DNA of 64,000 nucleotides, from the NCBI GenBank assembly GCA_965207885.1, contig OZ242311.1, positions 1,120,001 through 1,184,000 of the forward strand. The letters are read 5' to 3'. The notes under the pieces are model-generated. The model ran no database searches, had not been told where the DNA came from, and was given only the letters and a program-made list of their open reading frames with translations. Numbering within the stretch: position 1 is the stretch's first letter; each line of letters starts with the position of its first letter. The position numbers and the translations under genes were made by a program. This stretch comes from Candidatus Latescibacterota bacterium (lineage in GTDB: Bacteria; Latescibacterota; UBA2968). Positions 34,905-44,027 of the stretch are shown piece after piece.

Positions 34905-37451
34905 CTATGGATTGAAGACCTCAAATTTACCATTTCTGACGATCAGGATAATCGGGTTGTAAATCGCGTCTCCATTGGCGTCAAAGGAGAATTTGCCTAA
35001 AATTGTGTCCAGGTTTGTGATATGCGCCAGTGCATCTCGAATCGACTCTGAATCAGTTGATGGGGCAGCGGCGATGGCGTGTGCGAGGATATAGGCAGTG
35101 GCATACGCTTGTGCGACGAATTCGTCTGGTTCGGAGTTGTATTTCATTGTGTAATTTTCGACAAAGGCGCGATTTTCAGGTGTGTCAGACATGCTGCTCC
35201 AGGCGGTAATACTGATCGCTCCTTCGGCAGCGGCACCCGCGCGCTGTACATTGCCTGTGGTTAAAGATGTCGTGATAAAGTGAATTTCGGCGGGGATGCC
35301 GATTTGTCGAGTCTGGATCAGAACGGCTTCCTTTTCCACGGGTAAAGCGGAGAGGAAGATGGCGTCTGGATTCGATTCTTTTATTCGGGTTAATTGTTCC
35401 GAGAAGTCGGTGTCACCGGTTTGGAAAGTTTCTGAGATGATCACTTCGACACCATTTTTCTGAAGTGCTTGCAGGATCGCCTCGTTGCTGCTCCGGGAGA
35501 AGACATCATCGCTTTGATATATGGCAGCGACTCTCTGATAGCCGAGTTTCTCATGTGTGGTATTAACACCAACGGGCACGAAACGATCTACGGTAATAAT
35601 CGTGCGAAAGACAAAATCGCCTATTTCGCCGAGGCCATGGGCGGCAGAGGCTGGGCTGATCGCTACGACTTGATTTTGCTGGGCGATGGGAAAAGCTTCT
35701 CTGGTTATCGTTGAGGATAGCGGACCGATGATGACGGATACGCCGTCGCGATGAATCAGTTTGTTATAGGCTTCTATTGCGCCTTCTATGGTGCTGCGAT
35801 TGTCTTCGACTATGGGTTTGAGTATCATATCGCCGAGTAGCGGCGAATGGTTAATCTCTGCGAATGCGAGTTGGAGTCCGTTATTTACTACCGGGCCAAG
35901 GGAAGAGAGATAGCCGGTCAGAGGCAGGACCACGCCAAGGGGTATTTCTTTTTTTTGCGGTGACGAGCTAAAGACTTCGAGTCTGCCATTTCTGACGATC
36001 AGTACAACCGGGTTGTAAATCCCATCTCCATTGGCGTCAAAAGAGAATTTGCCCAGGATTGTGTCCAGATCTCTGGTTTTTGCCAGGGCGTCTCGGATGG
36101 CTCTTGAGTCAGTTGATTGGGCATTGGCGATGGCATTTGCTAGGATATGGACGGTGGCATAGGATTGTGCGGTGAATGCGCTGGGTTCAACGCCGGCTCT
36201 CATCGTGTAATTTTCGACGAAGGCGCGATTTCCCGGCGTGTCAGCCGTGCTGGTCCATGCGGTAAAACTAATCGCTCCTTCGGCGGCAGCACCTGCGCGT
36301 TCTATTTCGCCTGGGGTCAGGGTTTGTGTGATGAAGTGAACTTCGGGGGGAATACCGATTTGCCGCGTCTGGATCATAATGTCATTCGCTTCTGTTATCG
36401 GTAGCGCAGAGAGGAAGATGGCGTCTGGATTCGATTCTTTTATTCGGGTTAATTGATCTGAAAAGTCGGTCTGTCCAACCTGGAAGGACTCTGTGATCAG
36501 AACTTCGACGCCGTTTTGAAGGAGTGTTTCTTTGATTATTGCGTCGCTATTTTGGGCAAAGACGTCGCCAGCCTGGAATATTGTGGCTACTTTTTGATAG
36601 CCGAGTTGCTCATGCGTGGCCGTGACGCCGCCGGGTATAAGCCAGTTGACCGTGAGACTGGTGCGGAAGAGAAAATCGCCCATTGCGCTAAGGCCAGGGG
36701 AGGCGGAGGTTGGACTAATCGCCACGACCTGATTTTGTTGGGCAATGGGAAAAGCTTCTTTGGCATCACTTGAGGTGAATGGACCGATGATGACGGATAC
36801 GCCATCGCGATGAATCAGTTTGTTATAAGCTTCAACAGAGCCTTCCGGGGTGCTGCGGTTGTCTTCTATGATGAATTTTATTTTTGACCCGTCGAGTAGC
36901 GATGAACGGTTGATTTCTTCGCGCGCGAGTTCAAAGGCAGCTTGAAGTAATGGACCACCTGCACCGAGTTGGCCCGTCATAGGCATGACGATGCCAATGG
37001 TAATTTCTGCGGGGAGACCTTCTAATGTCAGTTGTGCTTTCTCGCCGATGGGCAAGTTGAGCCGTACTTTGTCGCCTTGGTTAATTGGAATGCTGGACCA
37101 GGATCCGATCTCAATTCCGTCCTGTGAGGCGCGCGCTTGATAATACCCATTGCCCGCTGTGATCTCTATCCGCGTTTGACCGTTCTCATCGGTCGTATTT
37201 GACCACTGATAATCCGGTTTTTGTCCCGCAATAGAACGCGCAAATTCTACTTTTGCTCCGCTCACAGGTGCGTCATCCTGCTGCACAGTAGCTATGACTA
37301 CAGCGTTTTGTTGGGCAGCCATTTTGCTCAGGGGACGGCCAATTTGTTCGTCTGTCCCGATTTCTGACTGCGTTACGCGGTCACCGCCACAGTTCCATAT
37401 TATTCCTGCGGCGAGGGCTATTGCGATTATAATGCGAATATTTTGCAACAT
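34905..37451 (-). CDS. Lipoprotein with two tandem LivJ/LivK-type substrate-binding domains
   Basis: IIWNC lipobox-like; duplicated EDNRST..LIHRDGVSVIIGP..TDFS.QLTRIKESNPDAIFLS..LDTILGKFSFDANGD. Confidence 0.88.
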   Translation of the reverse strand: MLQNIRIIIAIALAAGIIWNCGGDRVTQSEIGTDEQIGRPLSKMAAQQNAVVIATVQQDDAPVSGAKVEFARSIAGQKPDYQWSNTTDENGQTRIEITAGNGYYQARASQDGIEIGSWSSIPINQGDKVRLNLPIGEKAQLTLEGLPAEITIGIVMPMTGQLGAGGPLLQAAFELAREEINRSSLLDGSKIKFIIEDNRSTPEGSVEAYNKLIHRDGVSVIIGPFTSSDAKEAFPIAQQNQVVAISPTSASPGLSAMGDFLFRTSLTVNWLIPGGVTATHEQLGYQKVATIFQAGDVFAQNSDAIIKETLLQNGVEVLITESFQVGQTDFSDQLTRIKESNPDAIFLSALPITEANDIMIQTRQIGIPPEVHFITQTLTPGEIERAGAAAEGAISFTAWTSTADTPGNRAFVENYTMRAGVEPSAFTAQSYATVHILANAIANAQSTDSRAIRDALAKTRDLDTILGKFSFDANGDGIYNPVVLIVRNGRLEVFSSSPQKKEIPLGVVLPLTGYLSSLGPVVNNGLQLAFAEINHSPLLGDMILKPIVEDNRSTIEGAIEAYNKLIHRDGVSVIIGPLSSTITREAFPIAQQNQVVAISPASAAHGLGEIGDFVFRTIITVDRFVPVGVNTTHEKLGYQRVAAIYQSDDVFSRSSNEAILQALQKNGVEVIISETFQTGDTDFSEQLTRIKESNPDAIFLSALPVEKEAVLIQTRQIGIPAEIHFITTSLTTGNVQRAGAAAEGAISITAWSSMSDTPENRAFVENYTMKYNSEPDEFVAQAYATAYILAHAIAAAPSTDSESIRDALAHITNLDTILGKFSFDANGDAIYNPIILIVRNGKFEVFNP

Positions 37452-37477
37452 GGTGGTCTCCTGAAAGCGGTATAGAG

Positions 37478-37514
37478 AAAATCCCAGAATGGGAAAAACC
37501 ATCCTGGGATTTTT
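37478..37514 (-). terminator. Hairpin downstream of DUF5069-like gene
   Basis: AAAATCCCAGAATGG...CCATCCTGGGATTTT. Confidence 0.6.
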
Positions 37515-37534
37515 GGTGCGAGATGGTCGGGTGT

Positions 37535-37975
37535 CTATCCCGTCAGTTGTGCGTGAAATTCTGTCCAGTCATCGAGATTGTTCAGGTTGACGGCGTCGAG
37601 AATTGTGCCGTCGTCGTCAATGCCTGCTGCACCGAGGATGGCCCCGCGGACATCATCTGCGTGGTTATAACCCTCGATTGCCGCGTTGAGTTCTGCAACG
37701 GCATTGCTGTCGAGGCTGCCGCCGCTCTGTGCGATTACCCATGCTTCGAATTCCGGATAAGAAGGTATATTTTCAGTGAGATAGGCGACGGTGGCATCGC
37801 GGTTGAGGCCCAGTCCATCGAGAACCATCTGGTCGTAACCCATGCCGCACTGGTCATATCCTTCTTCGAGGTTGCCCGTGGCGCCCAACAGGACTTTGCT
37901 CCACAGGCGAGGAAGGTGGAGTACGCCCGCTGGTCCTGCAACACCTGAACTGATGAGGGGGATTGTTCCTGCCAT
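37535..37975 (-). CDS. DUF5069-like protein
   Basis: GVLHLPRLWSK..G.L..GY..GYDQMVLDGLG..FEAWV; AAGGAG RBS. Confidence 0.65.
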   Translation of the reverse strand: MAGTIPLISSGVAGPAGVLHLPRLWSKVLLGATGNLEEGYDQCGMGYDQMVLDGLGLNRDATVAYLTENIPSYPEFEAWVIAQSGGSLDSNAVAELNAAIEGYNHADDVRGAILGAAGIDDDGTILDAVNLNNLDDWTEFHAQLTG

Positions 37976-38067
37976 TTTTTACTCCTTTTGAATATGGTTC
38001 ATCGACCAGCACGCGAATGATTGGGGAGGTGCTGGTGCAATCTGAACCGCGTTTTGAGAATGACTTT

Positions 38068-38577
38068 TTATTTTGCCAAAACACCTTTTTGATCTTTGTT
38101 GAGTGTCCACGTATCGACTATACCGTTTGAATATGTCACGGTGAGTTGTGTGCCGATAAATTCATATTTCGTTCCGTTGTCGTGGGTGAGTGTGACGCGC
38201 GCATCGTCAGAGGAGATTTGTCCCGTGCCATTTTGGGTGGTTGTGTCATAAACTGCATCTGAGCTATCTGTTTCTACCGAGCCGATTCTGAGTTTGGATT
38301 GGTATGTAAATGCCATGTCCTGAAGATCGTATAAACGATCGATGACTCTAATGCTCTGTCTGTCGTCGGTTACGGAAAGATGCACCTTGGCCTGGGTGGG
38401 TGTGGTTGGAAACCATTCGATGAGGCCGCTGATTTGCGGGCTCTGGATGATTTCACCCTGCGCGGGTTTGCGAGATTCCAACAGCCAGGTTCCGCGGAGC
38501 TCTGCCTGGTATTTGATGTCGTCGCCACAACCAATTAATAAGGCACAAAAGACGAGTGTTATAGATGTGCGCCACAT
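38068..38577 (-). CDS. Hypothetical lipoprotein, lipocalin-like
   Basis: LLIGC lipobox, LRGTWLL motif, AGGAG RBS. Confidence 0.65.
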   Translation of the reverse strand: MWRTSITLVFCALLIGCGDDIKYQAELRGTWLLESRKPAQGEIIQSPQISGLIEWFPTTPTQAKVHLSVTDDRQSIRVIDRLYDLQDMAFTYQSKLRIGSVETDSSDAVYDTTTQNGTGQISSDDARVTLTHDNGTKYEFIGTQLTVTYSNGIVDTWTLNKDQKGVLAK

Positions 38578-38781
38578 AAAAATCTCCTGTCAAAACATCG
38601 ATGCAAATAGAATCCGTCATTATCCCGCCGCGAACAATAAAAAGGGAATTAGTGCGTTGTCAAGGACAAACTGTTGTGTGTAATAGGTTCTCGTTCTATA
38701 TTTTGAAGTGTGATCCGCAGATGTACGCAGAAAAAACGCGAGTGATTTGAGCGTTTTACGCAGATGAACTCGGGAGAGTAT

Positions 38782-39720
38782 ATGGAAATGGAAGAGATGG
38801 CGCACAGACCAAAGCGATCTTTGAGAAGCTATTTCGGTATTGCGCTGAGGGGCGTGTGCATGGGGGCTGCCGATGTTGTGCCCGGTGTGTCGGGGGGCAC
38901 GATGGCGCTGATTACGGGAATTTATGAAGAGCTGATTCTTTCGATCCGTTCTTTTGATGCGCGATCTGCGCGGCTTCTGATTGGGTTGAGAATAAGAGCG
39001 TTGCTCGATTATGTGCGATGGCCTTTTTTGTGCGCTCTTGTCGCGGGGATTCTCGTTGCGATTTTTTCACTGTCGCGCGCGATTACTTATTTGCTGGACA
39101 ATGAGCCTGTTTTCCTGTGGTCTTTTTTCTTTGGGCTGGTGCTGGCATCTGTTTTTACGGTGGGGAGGCGTATCCCAAAGTGGAATTTGAGGATGTTTTT
39201 GGGTGCTGTTGGAGCGACGCTGGGAGCGTATTTTCTGGTCGGGTTGGTGCCGGTTGAGATGCCTCATAGCCCGCCGTATATTTTTGCTTCTGCTGTGGTT
39301 GCGATTTGCGCGATGATTTTGCCCGGTATTTCGGGGTCCTTTGTGCTGGTTTTGCTGGGGCAATATCCGTATCTTCTCAACGCGGTCAATACGCGAGATC
39401 TGTTTACAATCGCGCTTTTTTGTGCGGGTGCTGTGGTCGGACTTATGGCGTTTTCGCGCGTTTTGAACTGGTTTTTTCGGCATTATCACGATTTGACGAT
39501 TGCGCTGTTGACCGGGTTGATGCTGGGGTCGCTCAGGAAGATCTGGCCGTGGAAAGAGACGCTGGAGACGATGGTCAATGGGCACGGCGAGGTGGTGCCT
39601 CTCGTTCAGGTGAATGCGTTGCCCGAGGTTTGGTCGGGCGAGGTGATGGGGGCAATAGGACTCGCGCTTTTAGGGCTGGTGCTGGTGCTCGTTCTCGAGC
39701 GTTTGGCCAGGCACAGGTAG
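38782..39720 (+). CDS. DUF368 family membrane protein (putative undecaprenyl-phosphate translocase)
   Basis: MGAADVVPGVSGGTMALITGIYE and AMILPGISGS repeats. Confidence 0.92.
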   Translation: MEMEEMAHRPKRSLRSYFGIALRGVCMGAADVVPGVSGGTMALITGIYEELILSIRSFDARSARLLIGLRIRALLDYVRWPFLCALVAGILVAIFSLSRAITYLLDNEPVFLWSFFFGLVLASVFTVGRRIPKWNLRMFLGAVGATLGAYFLVGLVPVEMPHSPPYIFASAVVAICAMILPGISGSFVLVLLGQYPYLLNAVNTRDLFTIALFCAGAVVGLMAFSRVLNWFFRHYHDLTIALLTGLMLGSLRKIWPWKETLETMVNGHGEVVPLVQVNALPEVWSGEVMGAIGLALLGLVLVLVLERLARHR

Positions 39721-39796
39721 TTAGTTCTTGACAGGCGCGTTTTGAAAAATACATTGGTACGAGAATTTTTTTCATCCTTAAACTATCGAGGTAGAT

Positions 39797-40690
39797 ATGG
39801 CAAATTCAGATTACAAAATTGGCGTGGTTGGCGTTGGTCGAATGGGAGCGAATATTGCGCGTCATCTCAACGATGAGGGGTTTTCGGTCGAGGCGGTGTA
39901 CGATGTTCGCGCAGAGGTCGCATCAGATCTTGCCAGCGAGTTGGGTTGTGAGGCACATACGGAACTCGCGGGTGTGACGGCTGCTGCAGATTATATTATT
40001 ACGGTTGTGACAGATGACGCTGCAATGGGAGCCATTTATGCCGAGTCTGGCGATAGTCTGCTGCAGGGTGCTCAGGGCAAGGTTTTTATCAATTGCGCGA
40101 CGATTACGCCACAGATTCACGTGGATGTCGAGGGCCTTGCAGAGCAGGCGGGGGCCAATAGTCTGGAGGGGTGCATGGCCAGTAGTATTACACAGGCGCG
40201 TGAGGGTACGCTTTATTTGATGTGTGGCGGTAAGCGCGCTGTTTTTGACCAGGCGAGTCCGATTCTCGAGTCTATGAGTACAAATTTGATCTATATCGGC
40301 GAAGCGGGGCAGGCCGCGCAGGTCAAGGCGCTCGTCAATATGGTTATGAATATCAATACCGCTGGTCTGGCAGAGGGGCTGGGGTTGGGTGCCGCGCTCG
40401 GCCTGGATTTGAATATGCTCATGGAGGTGTTTTCACAAACGGGAGCAAATTCCCGCGTGCTGGAGACCGATGGGGAAGATATGGTCATCCGCGATCACGA
40501 ATGTTATTTTTCTGCCGACCATGCGGCGAAAGATTCGGGGATTGCGCTTTCACTCGCTCAGGACGTGGGTCTCAATCTTCCATTGGCAGGGGCGACAAAA
40601 GCCCAATTTGAGCTTTTGAAAGAGAAGGGCAAGGGCGATCTGGACAAATCGGGTGTTGCCGAGTTGACTTTCCCGGGGCGGGATGATTAG
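39797..40690 (+). CDS. NAD(P)-dependent beta-hydroxyacid dehydrogenase family protein
   Basis: GVVGVGRMGANIA, AREGTLYLMCGG, VKALVN, AKDSGIA. Confidence 0.88.
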   Translation: MANSDYKIGVVGVGRMGANIARHLNDEGFSVEAVYDVRAEVASDLASELGCEAHTELAGVTAAADYIITVVTDDAAMGAIYAESGDSLLQGAQGKVFINCATITPQIHVDVEGLAEQAGANSLEGCMASSITQAREGTLYLMCGGKRAVFDQASPILESMSTNLIYIGEAGQAAQVKALVNMVMNINTAGLAEGLGLGAALGLDLNMLMEVFSQTGANSRVLETDGEDMVIRDHECYFSADHAAKDSGIALSLAQDVGLNLPLAGATKAQFELLKEKGKGDLDKSGVAELTFPGRDD

Positions 40691-41878
40691 GTGATACAGA
40701 CACGAGATCTCATAGCGACTATTGACCGGGAGTGGATGGCTGATCGGACCCTGGAATTGGTCGATATATACAGTGTTACTATGGATGAAGCCGAAGTCTG
40801 CCGCGCATATTGCGATATGATGCGTGGGATTGGGTTGGAAGTCGATGTGCGGGAGGTCACGCCGGGGCGGAATAATCTCTACGCGCGTATAGCAGGACAG
40901 GGGGATGGTCCTTCCCTGATGCTCAATGGGCATCTCGATACGATTCCCGTGGGGGACTGTCCGCCCGCTCGTCGCGAGGGCAATCGCGTGTACGGGCGGG
41001 GGGCAACCGATATGAAGGGGGGGATGGCTGCGGCTTTGGGCGCGGTTAAGGCGCTCATGGAAAGTGGTGTGGAATTGCGGGGCGATTTGTGGCTGACGGC
41101 GGTTGTGGGGCACGAGGAGGTCGAGGCGCAAAAGGACGGACCATGGGCGCTGATTGCCGATCGCAATAGCGGTCGGATTGGTGGCGACCGGATTTTGATT
41201 GTCGAGGGGCGCGACGCGCTGTGGGTGATGAGTATGGGGTCGATGGTTTTTACCATCACGCTCGAATCGGACGCTGGTGGTAAGCACACGCAGTACGTGC
41301 CTTTTTCGGAGAATCCGATCCGCTTTGTGGGCGCGCTTATCGAGCGGATCCATCAGTATCAGCTTGAACTCGACGCTGGGCCGGCACACGCGCTTGCTGG
41401 CGCAGAGCGGATTGATCTGGGTATTGTCAACGGGGGCGACTATTTTAATCGCACGCCTCTGTGTTGCACCTTGACCGGGACCCGGCGCTGGTCCCCGGGG
41501 CGCACTGCGCCACAGGTTTTGGCGGAGTTGGAAGATCTGGCGCGGCCATTTGCCGAAGCCGGGAAGTTGAGACTGCGGGTCGAGATGGAGCACGAGCGCG
41601 AGCCTTTTGATACCCGTGCCGACGATGCGGCAGTGCAAGCGGTTGCCCGGGCGCACACGCAGGTGACGGGCCGGGATGCAGAGTTGGTGGGAATGCGGAT
41701 TGTGGGGGATGCCAATTTATACGTGCATGGGACAGGAATGCCGACTTTTTATTACGGTCCTTCGAATGAGACGGCACACGCAGATGTGGAGTGGGTGGAG
41801 GTAGATCGGCTGGAGCGGGCCGCGCAGGTGTACGCGTTGGCTGCGGTCGATTATTGTGGCATCGCAGGAGAGAGATGA
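40691..41878 (+). CDS. M20/ArgE-family metallo-amidohydrolase
   Basis: LNGHLDTIP, YGRGATDMKGG, HEE, YGP..AH. Confidence 0.88.
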   Translation: MIQTRDLIATIDREWMADRTLELVDIYSVTMDEAEVCRAYCDMMRGIGLEVDVREVTPGRNNLYARIAGQGDGPSLMLNGHLDTIPVGDCPPARREGNRVYGRGATDMKGGMAAALGAVKALMESGVELRGDLWLTAVVGHEEVEAQKDGPWALIADRNSGRIGGDRILIVEGRDALWVMSMGSMVFTITLESDAGGKHTQYVPFSENPIRFVGALIERIHQYQLELDAGPAHALAGAERIDLGIVNGGDYFNRTPLCCTLTGTRRWSPGRTAPQVLAELEDLARPFAEAGKLRLRVEMEHEREPFDTRADDAAVQAVARAHTQVTGRDAELVGMRIVGDANLYVHGTGMPTFYYGPSNETAHADVEWVEVDRLERAAQVYALAAVDYCGIAGER

Positions 41879-41953
41879 TTGTGTGACGGAGTCTTTCAGT
41901 ACAAAAGACAAAAGGTCTGTGCAATGCGTGTGCAGCCCTTTTGCTTTTTGTGG

Positions 41954-42805
41954 TTACCTGTTGGTGTCTTTTGGGAGGTCGAGGTATTTGACAAAGGCGA
42001 CTTCGTTGCGCGCTTCGTTGTAGATCAACTCGTCTGCGCTGGTTTTGACCATCAACAGGCCAAAGCCGCCCGGGCGCAACCCCTGGTTTTCTCTGACGCT
42101 CATGTGGGCGATGGGATCATCGGGGTTGTTGAGGGCCGCATGTTCGAGTTCATCCATGTCAAAGCCCGATCCGGGATCTGCTATGCGGAACATGAGCATG
42201 CGCTCAAAGCGGAGAAATGCGATTCGAACTTTTTTGCTCGGGTCGAGCTTTCCACCCCATTCAATGGCATTGGCGAGGAGTTCGTAGAATGACATCGCGA
42301 TGGTCTCGCGGAGGTCTTCGGGCAAGTCGGCTTCTAATTGCATTACAAAATTGCGCATTCGTCCCGCTGATTTTTGATCGCAGGGCACCAGAAGTTCAAC
42401 CCAGTTTGGGGTTGCCGATGTCACTTCGATAATTGTCTCCTGGCGACTTGCGCCGAGGCCGTCCTGGACGAGGCGTGTCAATTCCTGTGGATCTATGGGT
42501 TTTGGGATATAGTGGTATGCCTGTTCGCGGATTGCTTTGAGGAGGGTATCTGAGGTGTCATCGGAGGTCATGACGATGACTGGCGGCGGTGAGGGCAGAG
42601 TTTTTACTTTTGACAACAATTCCAAACCGTTGAGTCCGGGCATCCATATATCTGTAAGGAGCAAGTCGAATGAGGTTGTGGCGATTCGGTCATAAGCTTT
42701 TGTTCCATCGGTAACTGTTTCTGTTGTGTACCCGGCGTCTTCGAGTATGGCTTCTACCAGCACTCTGGTTGGGCCGTCGTCTTCAGCGATTAATATTTTG
42801 GACAT
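41954..42805 (-). CDS. Response regulator fused to RsbW-like HATPase (anti-sigma kinase) domain
   Basis: ILIAEDD, LLTDIWMP, KP; ELLANAIEWG, IADPGSGF, RPGGFGL. Confidence 0.85.
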   Translation of the reverse strand: MSKILIAEDDGPTRVLVEAILEDAGYTTETVTDGTKAYDRIATTSFDLLLTDIWMPGLNGLELLSKVKTLPSPPPVIVMTSDDTSDTLLKAIREQAYHYIPKPIDPQELTRLVQDGLGASRQETIIEVTSATPNWVELLVPCDQKSAGRMRNFVMQLEADLPEDLRETIAMSFYELLANAIEWGGKLDPSKKVRIAFLRFERMLMFRIADPGSGFDMDELEHAALNNPDDPIAHMSVRENQGLRPGGFGLLMVKTSADELIYNEARNEVAFVKYLDLPKDTNR

Positions 42806-42819
42806 GTTCGGTGCTCGGT

Positions 42820-43515
42820 TCAAAAGGAATATGTGAGTTCTTTGAGTGCATTTTGGACGGCAGATAATTCGCGTTCGAGCGTTTGGAAGGTTGCGGGGGC
42901 CTGGTTCAAGTTGTTCGATTTGCCCATTTGCTCAAGTGCGAAGGCTGCCTCGTATGCTGCTTTGGCGTCAAAATTGGCCACGGAACCCTTCAGTGCGTGG
43001 GCTGCCTGACGCAGGTCTTCAGGCGATTGTTGGTCAATGGCACGATGCAATGCGGCAATCTGGTCGGGCAATTCTTCTGTGAAGATATCAACCATTTTTT
43101 TTAGAATTTGCCTTCTTCCGCCTACCCGTGTCATGATACCATCAATGTCAATAGGAGGTGTTTGGGAAGCGGCAGGCACATTCAGATTTTGCAGGACGGC
43201 AACGAGTTGGTCTGCGCGAACAGGGCGGATTAGCGTTGCTGTGGCACCTGCGTTGAGACAGGATTGATCGTATTTTTCGTGTGATACGAGACCAATAATG
43301 GGAATGTCCGATTGTGCCCGCGCAATTTGTTGTTCAATATTTTCACACTCATCTATGTCAATCATTGCGAAATGATAGGATATGGCTTGCTCGGGCAGTT
43401 CGGGAACTGCCACGACCTGATAGCCCTTTTGCTCGAGTAGCGCGTAGAGCAGGTGGCGGTGGATGGGGTTGCGGTCTATAATGAGCGCGTCACAAGAAGT
43501 TGGGAGATGGGCCAT
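42820..43515 (-). CDS. Degenerate receiver plus Hpt domain protein
   Basis: C-terminal LRQAAHALKGSVANF Hpt motif; start uncertain. Confidence 0.8.
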   Translation of the reverse strand: MAHLPTSCDALIIDRNPIHRHLLYALLEQKGYQVVAVPELPEQAISYHFAMIDIDECENIEQQIARAQSDIPIIGLVSHEKYDQSCLNAGATATLIRPVRADQLVAVLQNLNVPAASQTPPIDIDGIMTRVGGRRQILKKMVDIFTEELPDQIAALHRAIDQQSPEDLRQAAHALKGSVANFDAKAAYEAAFALEQMGKSNNLNQAPATFQTLERELSAVQNALKELTYSF

Positions 43516-43777
43516 CGAATCCGACTCCGGGAATGTATCCGCAGGCATGTCCCTGTAGGTGTAAGCAGGGATGAACGCAGATAAACGCAGATAAAAACCA
43601 CAACATAATAGGTACAACGAATTGGCTGTTTGTGTCAACCACAATTGTTTGAGGTTGTGGGGGGGCTCGCACTAATAGGGAGAAGTAGATTTTTGATTGA
43701 CTTCTGTTTTTGTGTTTGCAATCTTAATGGCAAATGGTTCTCCACAATCGCTATTCCGGTAGCATCAGGAGGTATTT

Positions 43778-44017
43778 ATGGATCTTAAAGATCTGGACCG
43801 TATCCACAAGGAACAGGCTGAAAGACAAAAGTTCAAAAGCATTCTTCACCGTTTTGAAGAAGGAAACAATTTGAGGAATGGGTTTATTGTCATTGCTATT
43901 GTGATTGTCCTGGTCATTGTGATTTACGGTTTGAAAGAAATGAATTTTCTCTTTGAATCTATTCCGGGCGGTGACCCGGTAGAACAAGTAACACCACGGG
44001 GAACAGAGGGTGAATAG
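43778..44017 (+). CDS. Small single-pass membrane protein
   Basis: AGGAGG RBS; hydrophobic FIVIAIVIVLVIVIYGL. Confidence 0.7.
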   Translation: MDLKDLDRIHKEQAERQKFKSILHRFEEGNNLRNGFIVIAIVIVLVIVIYGLKEMNFLFESIPGGDPVEQVTPRGTEGE

Positions 44018-44027
44018 GGCTGATTGA

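Noticed and set aside
40550-41656. Long antisense ORFs (also 10095-10952, 12022-12855, 17144-18061, 61436-62182)
   Set aside because: They shadow well-supported genes on the opposite strand and have no recognisable motifs
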